Assembly (NCBI GenBank): GCA_001600695.1
Contig: BCKQ01000004.1
Location: 43,770 to 101,320 of the forward strand
Length of the DNA: 57,551 nt
DNA from: Ascoidea asiatica JCM 7603
Taxonomy: Eukaryota > Fungi > Ascomycota
Direction of reading: 5' to 3'
Part shown: one piece after another, positions 1 through 12,278 of the stretch
Layout: every line of letters begins with the position of its first letter
Numbering within the stretch: position 1 is the stretch's first letter
Position numbers and translations under genes: made by a program
Notes under the pieces: generated by a model
What the model was told of the DNA's origin: nothing
Databases searched by the model: none
What the model saw: only the letters and a program-made list of their open reading frames with translations

Positions 1-21
1 AAAAAAAAAAAAAAAAAAAAA
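1..21. repeat. poly-A run at window edge
   Basis: 21 consecutive A residues; probable contig break. Confidence 0.9.
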
Positions 22-67
22 TAGATAAGAATACAAGTATGAAGTTGAATAGCTAGTTAAATTAAAT

Positions 68-600
68 TTAAGAAACATTTAAACCGAAAAATTTTTTTTT
101 TGAATTACTAAATAATTCCTGTTGTTTTTTAAGCAATTCTTCTTCTGTCATACCAGTATTCTGAAACTTATGATGTTTTCTTTCTCTACCTTTTAAACTC
201 TCTTTATGTTTTGACAATAAATTTTTTATAGGCTCAATATAATCATCATAATCCAATAAGTCTAAGGCCTTTATTACATGATCACTTGCAATAGTTTTTT
301 TAGCTTCTTGTTCAGCAATGAGATTGGATTCGGCAGCTAATATCATTAAAAACTCTACACAACATTCAATAATTACTTCTCTTCCATCTTTAGATACAGC
401 TAGATCTGCAGGCAATATTTCGGATATTATTTTTTGAACAGTAGCTATAATTTGAGAAACAAAAGTTAGTAAACAAATTTAATTAGAAAAAAAATTAGAA
501 ATTAACTTTAATTGAAATAACAATTATTTTAAAAAAATCAAATCATACCTTTTGGCAAAGATAATTCTTCCGCAGAGGAAGTCCCACCATATTCAGACAT
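68..600 (-). CDS. NCB2: Negative cofactor 2 beta subunit (Dr1, histone fold); 2 exons 600-549 and 444-68, 142 aa
   Basis: Spliced product MSEYGGTSSAEELSLPKATVQKIISEILPADLAVSKDGREVIIECCVEFL...KKTIASDHVIKAL...EEELLKKQQELF is typical of Dr1/Ncb2. The ORF track shows only part of exon 2. Confidence 0.95.
445..548 (-). other. Spliceosomal intron of NCB2 (104 nt)
   Basis: GTATGA donor at 548, TACTAAC at 471-465, TAG acceptor at 447-445; splicing restores LPKAT. Confidence 0.92.
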
Positions 601-1389
601 TAGAAATTCAGTTTAAGTTTTTTTGAAAACAATTATTTATTTTTTGAATAGAAAATTAAAATATTCTAATTTCATATATTAGTAAACTTTGAATAAATAG
701 TAGTAAATTAAATAATTTTGAAAATTGGAAACATTGTGAAATCAAATAAATTAGGAGGCAAAATTGAAATGAAAAGCAGAGAAATTAAAGAGCTTATATA
801 TTAAAAATATTTGCGGTAAAGAATAACAACGATTACGATTAACGACTCCCAGAAGTGAAAGCGATCAAAGAAAAATAAAAGATTTCAACGACTTTGCACT
901 TTGTCAAGGTAAAAGGAAGAAATTATCAAGTTTTATTTGCCAGCACGGATTTAATGGGGATCCAAGAGCTCGGATGCCACAAAAAGCATGCCGGATTTCA
1001 CCTATTCAGGATTCTAGCACCGGATATTGTTCCACCAAATAACCATTTTCTGCCCCGTGACTTCATATTCTCAGCATGCACCACAGTACTGTAGAGGCGA
1101 AATTACAATTTAGCGTTCACGTGCCAAAACAAATCCAATTCTGCGGGCCATGAGTAAACATGCATGGCGCGGTAACTCTATGAGATTTTTATCTTACTAA
1201 TGTTACCAACCCACTAAACATACTTTTCTGAAAAAATTTGTTTACTAGGCTTATTTGAAGAGGAAAAAAATAAATGTTTATTCTCAAGAAATTGGATAAT
1301 ATATCAACGTCAAAAATATACAACAGGGGGTAGCTTATACTTTAATGATATAGCTTTGAACAACAGTTACAATACAATTCTCTTTCAAT

Positions 1390-3261
1390 ATGTCAACTGC
1401 TCCATTACTATCCACTTACCAGTCTGAAGATTCGTTCAAATTTGATAAATTCTCAGATTCCGTTAGTAATAATAGACCATATATAAATTTAAATACAAAT
1501 TCTTTAAAGAGTTCAAATCAATTATCTGACTTATTAAATGGTTATTATTCGTTACCTGATTTGATTAATTATTTAAATTCTGATGGAGGTTTGCACTATG
1601 AAAAAATTGCGCTTCAATTTCCTGACTTTCTTCTTCGGGATAGTTCTTATATTCTTCATTATTTGCAATCAAATTTACTACAATATAAAAATCACGCTCT
1701 AGATAATATTAATATTCCTGAAAATAAGATTTCTAATGAATTAGATTTTACAAAAAACAATGAAAATGAAATTATAAAGAAAAAACAATGTGAAAATTGT
1801 AAATGTGATAAAAATCAAGATTTCGAAGAAAATGAAAATTCTCATTTTTGTTCAAAAAAAAGAAATGTTTGGATACTAGCAGATACCTCCTACTCATCTT
1901 GTTGTATTGATAATGTTGCTGCAGAACATATTAATTCAGATTTGTTGATTCATTTTGGTGATTCATGCCTATCAAGCTTTAATAAATTAGATTCAATACT
2001 AATTTTTGGTAAGCCATATTTAAATATTGATAATTTTATTCATAAATTTAAGTCGCAATTTTCTGATTTTAATGAAAAAATTATACTTATGTCTGAAACT
2101 TCTAATAATAATCATTTAAAAGTTTTTTATAATCTTTTAAAACCTCTTTATAAAAATTTACTTTATTCTGACTTAAATGTCAATAAAATTAATAATAAAA
2201 CTAAAAAAATGAAAATTATTGGTTATCAAATTGAAACAAATTTAAAGATTCTAAAAAATGCAATTGAATTTGGCAATAGAATTATTCTTGGTTTTAATGA
2301 AAGTGAAAAAATTGAATTTACAAAATTGAATTCAGATAATATTATTGATCCATCATTTTCTGATTATACTTTATTTCATATTGGAGAACCTCAAATTCCA
2401 AGATTATTATATTTAACAACAAAATTTAATTCTGTTTTGATTTTCAATTCAAAAACTAATGAAATAATAACAGGACCATATCCTTCCTTAATGAGAAGAT
2501 ACAGATTTATGTTAGGTGCAAGATCTGCATCAACAATTGGAATATTATTAAATACTTTATCTATAACAAATATTTTAGAAATGTTAAATTTAGTCATAAA
2601 GAGAATTAAAGAAGCAGAAAAAAAACATTATATTTTTGTTGTTGGAAAACCAAATGTAGCAAAGCTTGCAAATTTTGATGTAGTGGATGTGTGGGTAAAT
2701 TTGGGTTGTAGTCAAGGTGGAATATTAATCGATCAATATAATGAATATTATAAACCTATAATTACTCCATATGAATTATTCTTAGCTTTATCACCAGATA
2801 TTTCTTGGTCAGGGAATTGGAAAACCAATTTTAATGAAGTAATGGGCTTGTTTTTAAAAAAAGATAATGAAAATGATGATAACAGTAATAATAAATCAGA
2901 AAATGAGTTTGAAAATAGTGACGATGAACCTCCTATATTCAATCCTATTACTGGAACATATATTTCAAATTCCAGACCTTTAAGAAGAAAAAATAATCAT
3001 GTGAACATTGAAACTCCTAAAGATAACAACTCTTTAATTGAAGTTGAGGATAACACTTCAAAACAACTAATGAAACAATTTTCCAAAGTTGTAACCATTG
3101 GAAATACTGTCTCTACATCAGCATTGTCGTTGCAAAAACGCAGCTGGAAAGGTCTTGGTAGTGACTTTGAAAACTTAAATAGCTTAAAAGGAGCTGAAAT
3201 AGAGGAAGGGAGAACTGGAATTGCAAGAGGTTATGAAATTGATAGAAGCTTTATCAAATGA
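1390..3261 (+). CDS. DPH2: Diphthamide biosynthesis protein 2
   Basis: IALQFPD, ILADTSYSSCCIDNVAAEH, IHFGDSC, VVGKPNVAKLANF, PIITPYEL and C-terminal RSWKGLGSD...EEGRTGIARGY. Confidence 0.95.
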   Translation: MSTAPLLSTYQSEDSFKFDKFSDSVSNNRPYINLNTNSLKSSNQLSDLLNGYYSLPDLINYLNSDGGLHYEKIALQFPDFLLRDSSYILHYLQSNLLQYKNHALDNINIPENKISNELDFTKNNENEIIKKKQCENCKCDKNQDFEENENSHFCSKKRNVWILADTSYSSCCIDNVAAEHINSDLLIHFGDSCLSSFNKLDSILIFGKPYLNIDNFIHKFKSQFSDFNEKIILMSETSNNNHLKVFYNLLKPLYKNLLYSDLNVNKINNKTKKMKIIGYQIETNLKILKNAIEFGNRIILGFNESEKIEFTKLNSDNIIDPSFSDYTLFHIGEPQIPRLLYLTTKFNSVLIFNSKTNEIITGPYPSLMRRYRFMLGARSASTIGILLNTLSITNILEMLNLVIKRIKEAEKKHYIFVVGKPNVAKLANFDVVDVWVNLGCSQGGILIDQYNEYYKPIITPYELFLALSPDISWSGNWKTNFNEVMGLFLKKDNENDDNSNNKSENEFENSDDEPPIFNPITGTYISNSRPLRRKNNHVNIETPKDNNSLIEVEDNTSKQLMKQFSKVVTIGNTVSTSALSLQKRSWKGLGSDFENLNSLKGAEIEEGRTGIARGYEIDRSFIK

Positions 3262-3591
3262 TTTATTTATTTTTTCAAAAACTATTAAAGAATCAACAAC
3301 TGTAGAAATCATCTGTAGAAATATTTTTCGTTGATGAAAAATGTGTATTGTGTATGAAAAGTTCCGGTAAAATACCGGGTTTCTTGTTTAGGGTAATCCG
3401 AGCAAAAAATTACCTTAACTGGAGTTTAACCCACAAAAATATGTGAAATTTTGGCGAGCCAAGCAAGCAAAGATGAACCGCTGGAGATAAAGCACAAATA
3501 TGTGAATAACTGTCACGGACACAGAAAAATTACGGTTACGGTGCCCGGTATGGTGAATTTTGGACGCTTATTTCTGAGCGATGCTTACTAT

Positions 3592-3598
3592 TGAGTCA
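3592..3598. promoter_or_regulatory. Gcn4/AP-1 site upstream of TRP5
   Basis: TGAGTCA about 280 nt upstream of the TRP5 ATG; a second near-site TGACTAA at 3726-3732. Fits general amino-acid control. Confidence 0.65.
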
Positions 3599-3878
3599 CA
3601 CAGATTAGGTCTAGGTGTTAGGTAAAGTTAATTAGCAAAATATCCACAGTACTCTAGAACAGTACTGTACCGGTAATAATTTTTCAGCCAACCTTCAATT
3701 TCAATTTCTATCAACTTCAAATATATGACTAATTCTACGACTCGACAGTAAACAATTTCACATTTAAATGAATTTTTTAATCTACGAGTTTTGAAAAACT
3801 TATTCAATTTATTTTCAAAGTTTTACAATTATAAAAATTTATTATTATTATCTTTGTATTGATTAATTCTGAAAGGAG

Positions 3879-5993
3879 ATGTCTCAATCGTTAAGAAACG
3901 CTTTTTCCAAAGCGAAATCTGAAAATCGTTCAGCTTTAGTTACTTTTATCACTACTGGATTTCCAAGAGTGGAAGATACAATTCCAATTCTTAAAGGTTT
4001 TCAAGATGGAGGTGTAGATATTATTGAAATGGGGTTACCATTTTCTGATCCAATTGCTGATGGTCCTACTATTCAAAAAGCAAATATTAAATCTCTTGAA
4101 AATCAGGTTAATATTGATACTGCTTTAAATATCGTCAAAGAAGCCAGAGAATCTCACAATTTAACTGTTCCAATAATTTTCATGGGCTATTATAATCCTA
4201 TTATGAAATATGGTGAACAAAAATTTATTATGAAATGTGCTGAAGTGGGTGTTAACGGCTTCATAGTTGTTGATTTACCTCCAGAAGAAGCAGTTAAATT
4301 TAGGTCCAATTGTTTGAAATATGATTTAAGTTTTATTCCATTAGTTGCCCCATCTACAACAGATGAAAGATTGGAAATTTTATCCGAGATTGCTGATTCT
4401 TTTATATATGTTGTTTCAAGAATGGGTACTACTGGTGTTACAGGTTCTATATCTTCTAATATCTCAAATTTAGTATCTCATATAAGAAAGTTTTCTGGTG
4501 ATATTCCTTTGGCTGTAGGTTTTGGGGTTAGTACTAGAGAGGATTATTTATCTGTAGGTTCTGTCGCAGATGGTGTAGTTATAGGTAGTAAAGTGATTAC
4601 TTTACTTGAAAATTCAAAAGAAGGTAAAAGAGGCTCAACTGCTAAAGAATTTGCTCATTCTATCTTAGGATCAGTGCCAAGTTCATCTACTCCATCTGAA
4701 TCTATCAATAGTTCCCCTTCATCACAATCTAGGAAAAGTGTTAATTTAGATTTCCATGAAAAGCATAAATTTTCCCCAACATTTGGATCATTTGGAGGGC
4801 AATATGTACCAGAAGCTCTTCATGCATGTTTACGAGAACTTGAAACTGGATTCGAAGAGGCTGTCGAAGATCCAAAATTTTGGGATGAATTTCATTCTCT
4901 TTATCCTTATATGGGTAGACCAAGTTCCTTACATAAAGCTGAAAGATTAACAGAATATGCGAATGGTGCAACTATTTGGTTAAAAAGAGAAGATCTTAAT
5001 CATACTGGTTCTCATAAAATAAATAATGCTATTGCTCAAGTCTTAATTGCTAAAAGATTAGGAAAAACTAAAATAATAGCCGAAACAGGAGCCGGTCAAC
5101 ATGGTGTAGCTACTGCCACTGCTTGTGCAAAATTTGGGTTGAAATGCAAAGTATTTATGGGTGCGGAAGATGTTAGAAGGCAAGCTTTAAATGTATTTAG
5201 AATGAGAATATTAGGGGCAGATGTTGTGGCTGTTACTAATGGTACTCAAACACTTCGTGATGCAACTTCCGAAGCTTTTAGATATTGGGTTTCCAATTTA
5301 AAGGATACTCATTATGTTGTCGGTTCTGCAATTGGTCCTCATCCATATCCTACTTTGGTTAGAACTTTTCAATCGGTAATTGGGCAAGAAACTAAAAAAG
5401 AATTTAAGAAGCTTAATAATAACAAACTACCAGATGCTGTCGTAGCTTGTGTTGGAGGAGGCTCAAATTCGACTGGAATGTTTTCTCCTTTTGAAAAAGA
5501 TTTATCTGTAATGCTACTCGGTGTTGAAGCAGGTGGTGAAGGTATTGCTTCGGGAATTCATTCGGCAACCTTGACAGCAGGAGAACCTGGTGTTTTCCAT
5601 GGTGTGAAAACGTTTGTTTTACAAGATAATGAAGGTCAAGTCCATGATACTCATTCTGTTTCTGCTGGATTGGATTATCCAGGAGTAGGACCTGAATTGG
5701 CAGCATGGAAAGAATCTGGAAGAGCTGATTTTGTTGCTGCCACTGATGCCGAAGCCTTACTTGGATTCAAACTTCTTTCGCAACTTGAAGGTATTATTCC
5801 CGCATTAGAAAGTTCCCATGCCGTTTTTGGTGGAGTTGAACTTGCTAAAAAGCTAGGAAAAGAAAAGTCTATTGTCATCAATATTTCAGGTAGAGGTGAT
5901 AAAGATGTTCAAAGCGTCGCTGAAGTTTTACCTAAATTAGGTCCTGAAATTCATTGGGATCTTAGATTCAAAAAAGACTCTGCTGCTAATTAG
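3879..5993 (+). CDS. TRP5: Tryptophan synthase (fused alpha-beta, fungal type)
   Basis: Alpha domain [15 protein letters not shown] and GTTG; beta domain [16 protein letters not shown] (PLP lysine), [30 protein letters not shown]. Confidence 0.99.
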   Translation: MSQSLRNAFSKAKSENRSALVTFITTGFPRVEDTIPILKGFQDGGVDIIEMGLPFSDPIADGPTIQKANIKSLENQVNIDTALNIVKEARESHNLTVPIIFMGYYNPIMKYGEQKFIMKCAEVGVNGFIVVDLPPEEAVKFRSNCLKYDLSFIPLVAPSTTDERLEILSEIADSFIYVVSRMGTTGVTGSISSNISNLVSHIRKFSGDIPLAVGFGVSTREDYLSVGSVADGVVIGSKVITLLENSKEGKRGSTAKEFAHSILGSVPSSSTPSESINSSPSSQSRKSVNLDFHEKHKFSPTFGSFGGQYVPEALHACLRELETGFEEAVEDPKFWDEFHSLYPYMGRPSSLHKAERLTEYANGATIWLKREDLNHTGSHKINNAIAQVLIAKRLGKTKIIAETGAGQHGVATATACAKFGLKCKVFMGAEDVRRQALNVFRMRILGADVVAVTNGTQTLRDATSEAFRYWVSNLKDTHYVVGSAIGPHPYPTLVRTFQSVIGQETKKEFKKLNNNKLPDAVVACVGGGSNSTGMFSPFEKDLSVMLLGVEAGGEGIASGIHSATLTAGEPGVFHGVKTFVLQDNEGQVHDTHSVSAGLDYPGVGPELAAWKESGRADFVAATDAEALLGFKLLSQLEGIIPALESSHAVFGGVELAKKLGKEKSIVINISGRGDKDVQSVAEVLPKLGPEIHWDLRFKKDSAAN

Positions 5994-6193
5994 ATTAAAA
6001 CAATGCTTTATGTACTATTAAATAAACATTCTATAATATCAACATTTGACAGTACTTCTTAATTTTTGAAACTTTATCACTCAGAAGGTATAAAATTAGA
6101 AAAACAAAGCATTTAACTTAATTTTTGTTTATTAGTTTAAAAAAAAAAAAGAATAGCTATAAAAATTTATAAAAATTTATTTTAGAATTGAAC

Positions 6194-9028
6194 TTAATTT
6201 TTGTGATTTGCTGCTCTTTTTAATTTCATCTTTTCGGCATAACTGAGGGGCTTAGAAGGACTTGTGCTATCACTTGAATCAGCTCTAGTAACAGTACGTG
6301 GAATAGATGATCTTGTAAATTGGAATGGTTGTTTGGCTTTAAAATTACTACTGAATGTTTCTTTTGACGAAGCAAGATTTCTTGCCTTTCTCTCATTAAG
6401 TTTCCTTTCCACTTCAGCGTCAATTTCTCTTTGTTTCATAGCTTTCTCATCAGCAATTCTGTTAGCTTCCTTTCTCTGTTGAGCCTCTTCAAGTAATCTT
6501 TTTTCTTTAGCTTCTTTTTCTTTCTTTTTCAATTCTTCTTCTTTAGCTCTTCTCTCTTCTTCTTCTTTTAATTTCTTTTCCTCTTCTCGTTTGGCTTTGA
6601 TTTCTGCTATTTTCTGAGCTTTGATTTTCTGGATTCTTTCAGCTTTAGCTCTTGCAAGCTTGTTTTCTGCTATTTTACTAGCCTTCTGAAATTCTTCAAT
6701 CTTTGAGCTCTTAATAGCTTTAAAATACTCAAAATAATCAGGCACAATTTTTTGAAATCTAGTTTTGAGAGCTAGAGCTTGAGCATGTTCTTCTTTTGCG
6801 CGCTCAATTACTTTTTCTTTCATTTTTTCATAATTTTCAAAATCTTTGTGCTTTTGCATTTCTTCATCTTTATCTAACATTGGCAATTCATACCTTCTAT
6901 AAGCTCTTTCAATATGATCCATTTTTCTTGAAAGACTTTTCAATCTAGTTTCCATTTCATTCTTATCTTTTGCTAGTTGTTCAATTTGCATATCCCTAAG
7001 TTTATCAGCATCAAGATCATCTAAGTTTTCAACATCAATCTTAATGATACCTTTAGCATTAATCTCTTCGGCCAACTTCCTTTTTTCCTTTTCTCTTATC
7101 AATGCCTCTTCACGCTCAGTTCTTTCTATCAATCTTCTTTTATTTTCAGCAGCTACCCTTTCTTTTTCTGCTTCTTTTGCAGCTTTCTCGGAAATCGCTT
7201 TGATTCTTAAAGCTTCTTCCTCTTTTTCCCTTCTTTCCTTTTCTGCTTTCAATTTTCTATCCTCTAAAAGTTTTTTTCTTCTTGTAATTTCTTCTTGTTC
7301 AAGTTGAATTCCCTTCGATGCGGATTCAAGAGCAGCCCTCATTTTTGTATCCTGATTTCCCTTATATGAAGAATCAATTGAATAAATAGATTTGGATAAA
7401 CAATTTCCCAATAAGCTTAATTGAGCTCTGATTAATTCAGGAGGGGTACATTGCAATGAAATATTCGAATCTGCAGAGCTTAAAGCACTGAGAACATTTT
7501 GTTTTTCAAAGGGATCATTAGCAAATGTAACAGTGTTAGAGTCATGATTGATTCTTAAAGACGATAAAGAACCAGCTTTACTAGCCAAAATCAAAGAATT
7601 TTCGATTTCAAACCCTGAAATTTCATATGGAGAGTTTTCAAAAGAAGTTAAAGAGATCAAAAAATCAAGCTTTATCGAATCGTAGATTTGAGAAACTTGT
7701 TGGAATAATTTAATATTAGCAACTTTGATTAATGGAGTGACATATGGTTTGAATTTTGAGTTTAAAATTAAAGCATCAAAACATTTTGAAAGAATAGTCT
7801 TAAACTTAAAAGGATGAAAATCAATTTCGAAGAATTGGAATAAATCTTTTACAGCTGGATCGGCAAAAGATAAAATTTTATTATTATGTGCAGCAGATAA
7901 AATCATTTTTCTTGTTATTGGTTTTGAAGAATTTAATAGTGAAGATAATTTCTGATTTCTATTCTTAAACTCATTTGGGTCAACAACATCATGAGAAGGT
8001 TCAGGCGGAATTGAAAGAGCTGATAAAATAAATACTGAGGCATAAGTTGTCAAGTCCTCTTGTGTAACTAAAGGTGAAGTAGAATATAAATTGAAATAAC
8101 TTAACCATGAAGCAGAGTGAAATAAATGATTATCAGCAACTAAGAAAATTTTTGCTAAACTTTCAAAGTAATCTAGCATCATTTGTGGTTTTGCAGCCCT
8201 ATTTGACAATATGATTAGTGTATGAACATCTTCAACAGATCTGAAAGATTCTTGCCATAATTCTAAAGAAACAGCGACTTTTAATTGACTAAATCTTAAA
8301 TCTAAATTTCTTTGAAGAGTATCAGGATTTGACAAATTGATAATAAATTGATTTTGAGATGATTGATTATTTTTAGCAAAAGTATAAGCATTTTGAATAT
8401 GATTTCTTAAAATATCACATAATTTTCTAAATTCAGATTTTCTTTTAAATTGGGAACAAAATATGAAGGTTTTTTTAACGACATGGAAATAAGTAACCTC
8501 TAATTTTGAATTGTTTCTGAGTAAATCTAAAACAGTTCTATAGGCTTCCCAAACAAATCTTAACCATGGTGAAACAAGCTCTCTATCTAATCTATCAGAA
8601 GATTGATCATTGGATACCGAGGACATTAAAATTTTTTCAGGAGATTCACTCTCTTCTAAATCATCTTCTTCGCCTAATTCCAATATGTTTTTTTGAGCTT
8701 TTTCTCTAGCATTATTGAGTTGAATTTCAGAAAGGTCAACAAATTTTTTAGTTATAGTCTCTAAAGAAACTAAACCAACAGCAGTTGCCTGAACAAATTT
8801 CTTATAAGAATATAACCCATCCTTTGCTACTTTTCCTTTTCTAAGAGTTACAGCTAATTCAACAAATAAAGAAGCAATAGGTTCTAAAGCTTGAGGTGCG
8901 ACGAATCTAGTTCTATTAGAAGTTAAAAATTCTTTCAAATTTTCAAGAGCAGCCTCAGATTGGCCAATAGCAATAAGCTCTTCAGAACGTTTTAGAATAT
9001 TTTCTGGACGAATATGAAAAGGAGCCAT
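6194..9028 (-). CDS. RPG1: Translation initiation factor eIF3 subunit a
   Basis: N-terminal RPENILKRSEELI, PWLRFVWEAYRTVLDLLRNN, LELWQESFRSVEDVH, PCI region and charged C-terminal coiled coil. Confidence 0.96.
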   Translation of the reverse strand: MAPFHIRPENILKRSEELIAIGQSEAALENLKEFLTSNRTRFVAPQALEPIASLFVELAVTLRKGKVAKDGLYSYKKFVQATAVGLVSLETITKKFVDLSEIQLNNAREKAQKNILELGEEDDLEESESPEKILMSSVSNDQSSDRLDRELVSPWLRFVWEAYRTVLDLLRNNSKLEVTYFHVVKKTFIFCSQFKRKSEFRKLCDILRNHIQNAYTFAKNNQSSQNQFIINLSNPDTLQRNLDLRFSQLKVAVSLELWQESFRSVEDVHTLIILSNRAAKPQMMLDYFESLAKIFLVADNHLFHSASWLSYFNLYSTSPLVTQEDLTTYASVFILSALSIPPEPSHDVVDPNEFKNRNQKLSSLLNSSKPITRKMILSAAHNNKILSFADPAVKDLFQFFEIDFHPFKFKTILSKCFDALILNSKFKPYVTPLIKVANIKLFQQVSQIYDSIKLDFLISLTSFENSPYEISGFEIENSLILASKAGSLSSLRINHDSNTVTFANDPFEKQNVLSALSSADSNISLQCTPPELIRAQLSLLGNCLSKSIYSIDSSYKGNQDTKMRAALESASKGIQLEQEEITRRKKLLEDRKLKAEKERREKEEEALRIKAISEKAAKEAEKERVAAENKRRLIERTEREEALIREKEKRKLAEEINAKGIIKIDVENLDDLDADKLRDMQIEQLAKDKNEMETRLKSLSRKMDHIERAYRRYELPMLDKDEEMQKHKDFENYEKMKEKVIERAKEEHAQALALKTRFQKIVPDYFEYFKAIKSSKIEEFQKASKIAENKLARAKAERIQKIKAQKIAEIKAKREEEKKLKEEEERRAKEEELKKKEKEAKEKRLLEEAQQRKEANRIADEKAMKQREIDAEVERKLNERKARNLASSKETFSSNFKAKQPFQFTRSSIPRTVTRADSSDSTSPSKPLSYAEKMKLKRAANHKN

Positions 9029-9194
9029 TACTAAATAAAATTGTATTATTTGAAATAAATAAAGGAAATTCTTGTCTCCAGCAAAATTTATTTAAGTTCC
9101 TTTATTTCAAATTTCAAAAGTGCTTGTTGGATCAATAAAGGATCTTTACACAATTCATGATCTCAGGATAGAACACTTGTAGTTTAAACTAAGG

Positions 9195-9205
9195 AAAATT
9201 TTTCA
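9195..9205 (-). promoter_or_regulatory. RRPE element upstream of RPG1
   Basis: Exact TGAAAAATTTT on the minus strand about 170 nt upstream of the eIF3a ATG. Confidence 0.6.
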
Positions 9206-9554
9206 GAATTATGGAAAAATCAGTACTGCGTAAATATGAGAACATAGAGCGCCACATGTATACCTGGAGTAGCTAACACTTCTGTATTTGTGGCGCTTTA
9301 ATTCTTGTTTTTGGAACCAAAAATGAGTACAGAAAGTTTAAAGCAATAAACATGCACACGTGACTTTGACTTTTTATCTGGCTGCCTTTGATATTGATAG
9401 ATAGTTCAAGTTGAAGTTATGAGAACCTATTTTTATTCGTTTCGAATTGATTAATTATACTGGAATAGAAATAAATAATTGACAAATTGATTACTCATTT
9501 CTTAGGTTCGTTATAAGTTAAATTTCTATTATTTTATATTTTTTGATTCAAATC

Positions 9555-10450
9555 ATGTCTGGTGCAGGAAATAGGTATGTTTTTTTCTTGTTTTGTAATT
9601 TTTTTTTAATTTTTTGTTCCTAACTCAATTCACCTACATGAATTAACTAACAACAATCTTTCAACTTAGAGAACAAGTATTCCCAACTCGTATGACTTTA
9701 GGGTTGATGAAATTAAAATTGAAAGGTGCTGAGACAGGATACAGTTTATTAAAAAGGAAATCAGAAGCATTAACTAAAAGATTCAGGGAAATAACAAAGA
9801 GAATCAATGATGCAAAATTAAAAATGGGAAGGGTTATGCAAACTGCTTCATTTTCATTAGCAGAAGTAACCTATGCCACGGGAACTAATAATATAAGTTA
9901 CCAAGTTCAGGAATCTGTTGGTTCAAAGGCGAGATTCAAAGTCAATTCTACTCAAGACAATGTTTCAGGTGTTAAACTTCCTGCTTTTAGACCCTTTATT
10001 GACGAATCTATAAATGATTTTAGAATGACAGGTTTAGGTAGAGGTGGTCAACAAGTTCAAAAATGTAAATTAATATATTCAAAAGCTGTTGAAACTTTGG
10101 TAGAACTTGCTTCTTTACAAACGGCTTTTATTATATTAGATGAAGTTATTAAAGTAACAAATAGAAGAGTAAATGCAATTGAGCATGTTATTATTCCTAG
10201 AACTGATAATACTATAAAATATATTAATAGTGAATTAGATGAGCTTGATAGGGAAGAATTTTATAGGCTTAAAAAAGTTCAAGAAAAGAAGCAAAAGCAA
10301 ACACAATTACAGGATGCTGAAGCCGTTTTAAAGAAACAAAAACAAAATGATCGATTAAATCAAATAGATACTGCACAGGAAAATAAAAGTCCTTCAATTT
10401 TGAATGGTGAAAATCAAAATGATGGTGAAGATGACGATGTTATCTTTTAA
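9555..10450 (+). CDS. VMA8: V-type ATPase V1 subunit D; 2 exons 9555-9574 and 9670-10450, 266 aa
   Basis: Spliced N-terminus [21 protein letters not shown]; [50 protein letters not shown]. Confidence 0.97.
9575..9669 (+). other. Spliceosomal intron of VMA8 (95 nt)
   Basis: GTATGT donor, AACTAAC branch at 9645-9651, TAG acceptor; splicing restores the conserved [10 protein letters not shown]. Confidence 0.92.
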
Positions 10451-10964
10451 TATTAGCTTTTTTCACAAAAAATTATAAAACGGAAATTCTTTTTACTATT
10501 TCATAACTACAGCTTTTTGTTAAATTTTTATTTATATTTTAGTGATTTTAATTGAACTTTTTTTAAAGTATTTAAAGTATTTTAACGTAAGAAAAAATAA
10601 AATATAAGAAAAAGGTGCAAAATGTAAAACTGAAAATGTAAATAAATAAACAGAAATAAAAAAAAGCAATAAGAAAAATTGATTATGAAAAAAATAAGAT
10701 ATAAATCAAAGTAAAATTATGGAATATAAAGACTATAAAATTTCAGAAGTTCAGAAAACTGAAATTTTACGAAAAGAAAAAAATACAGAAAATAAAATTG
10801 GCACTTAAAATTTATCTAAAAACTAAACCCCTCCCAGGCATAGAAATTGTAGAAAATTTTAAATTAAAAAACGAGTTCTAAATCAGCATAGCATATAAAA
10901 CAGAACGAATTATAATCAAAAAAAAAGTTCTTTAAAAAACTAAAATGAAAATTAACATTACAAT

Positions 10965-12278
10965 TCAAGAAAGTTTTTGAAAATTAACATAAAGCAATTC
11001 ATACTCATCAATATCATAAATAATTCTATCCATTTTTTTATATCCTTCAATTGAAAAATTTCTTAGTAGCTCAAAATTTTCAATAAATTTAAATTTACTT
11101 AAAGATTTACTATTTTTCCTAGTGTTAGAATTAGATTTATATTTTTTATGACGATTGCCATCTAGTTCTAAATCCGAGATATTATCAAAATCATGGTTAT
11201 TCAACTCAAAAAAAGTTTCATTGATATGTTTATCTTTTAATTGAAAAAGTGTGAAAGAAAAATTTCCGGGTTTGAAAATTGATAAAACAGTTCTTAAAAC
11301 ATCAACATTAGTTAAATAGAACTTAGAAGAAGGAACATTTGACTCAAAACTAGCATAAGACCAACCTTTTTCTGGGGTTACATGTAATGTATAATAATAC
11401 TTTTCATCAATAATTGAATTGGAAGAATAGCCACATGGAGTGAATGAAAACGCATCATGAATGATAGAATCTTTGTTCTCATAAAGATTGTTTAATCCCG
11501 AGAAATGAGAAGTTTTTGAGCCTAGAGTATGACCATCTTGAGGAGATTCATTTTTAGGAAATAATTGATTTGTAAAAAAAGTTTTTGAAGAATCAAAATT
11601 CAAATCAGTCATCAAAATTTCAAAAGTTTCATCATAAAATTTTGCTATTGGTGGAGAAGGATAATAATACGAAAGATTATTGATTGTTTGCAAAGATTTA
11701 TCATTTGCTAACTCCGAATTATAATTGGTATAAAGATGCCAGTGATCTTTATTTGACCTACCAACTATATAAGAAGAACCGTTTTTAAAAAACGAATCTA
11801 GGTATTTAACTTCCAGATCCCAATGTTTATGTAAGCCTTTTTGTTTATCTGGGAACATAAAATTTCTTCTTGAATAAAAAACTTTGAAAGGTTTTTTGTA
11901 AAATGATAAATTCCAGCTAAGATATTTTTCAGCAATATGGAAAAAGAAATCGAGACATAAAAGTGTTGTTGTTGTTCCACAGGTTTTCAAAATTATTCTA
12001 TTATTGTAAACAAATAAAGAAGACTCTGATAGTAAATAAGCATCTAAATTTTTTGATTTTTTATACGATAAAATTTTACAATGAATAATATCTAATAACT
12101 TATTCCATTCATTAAATGGAATGGAGCGCAAGCTTTTCTCAAAGGAAAAATCGGATTCATTTGGAGTTAACCATATTTCTAATAACTTTTCTGGACCTTC
12201 AAAAGCATCAGTTGAATCTAAATTTAAAGAGAGTTCATGATTTAAATATTCTTGATTAGGAGACATAAGGGATACCAT
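10965..12278 (-). CDS. SPE2: S-adenosylmethionine decarboxylase proenzyme
   Basis: AFEGPEKLLEIW, self-cleavage site YLLSE/SSLFV, LKTCGTT, FTPCGYSSN, TLHVTPEKGWSYASFE. Confidence 0.97.
   Translation of the reverse strand: MVSLMSPNQEYLNHELSLNLDSTDAFEGPEKLLEIWLTPNESDFSFEKSLRSIPFNEWNKLLDIIHCKILSYKKSKNLDAYLLSESSLFVYNNRIILKTCGTTTTLLCLDFFFHIAEKYLSWNLSFYKKPFKVFYSRRNFMFPDKQKGLHKHWDLEVKYLDSFFKNGSSYIVGRSNKDHWHLYTNYNSELANDKSLQTINNLSYYYPSPPIAKFYDETFEILMTDLNFDSSKTFFTNQLFPKNESPQDGHTLGSKTSHFSGLNNLYENKDSIIHDAFSFTPCGYSSNSIIDEKYYYTLHVTPEKGWSYASFESNVPSSKFYLTNVDVLRTVLSIFKPGNFSFTLFQLKDKHINETFFELNNHDFDNISDLELDGNRHKKYKSNSNTRKNSKSLSKFKFIENFELLRNFSIEGYKKMDRIIYDIDEYELLYVNFQKLS

Noticed and set aside
894-1094. 66-aa ORF between NCB2 and DPH2
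   Set aside because: TTG start, no recognisable motif, lies in the promoter.
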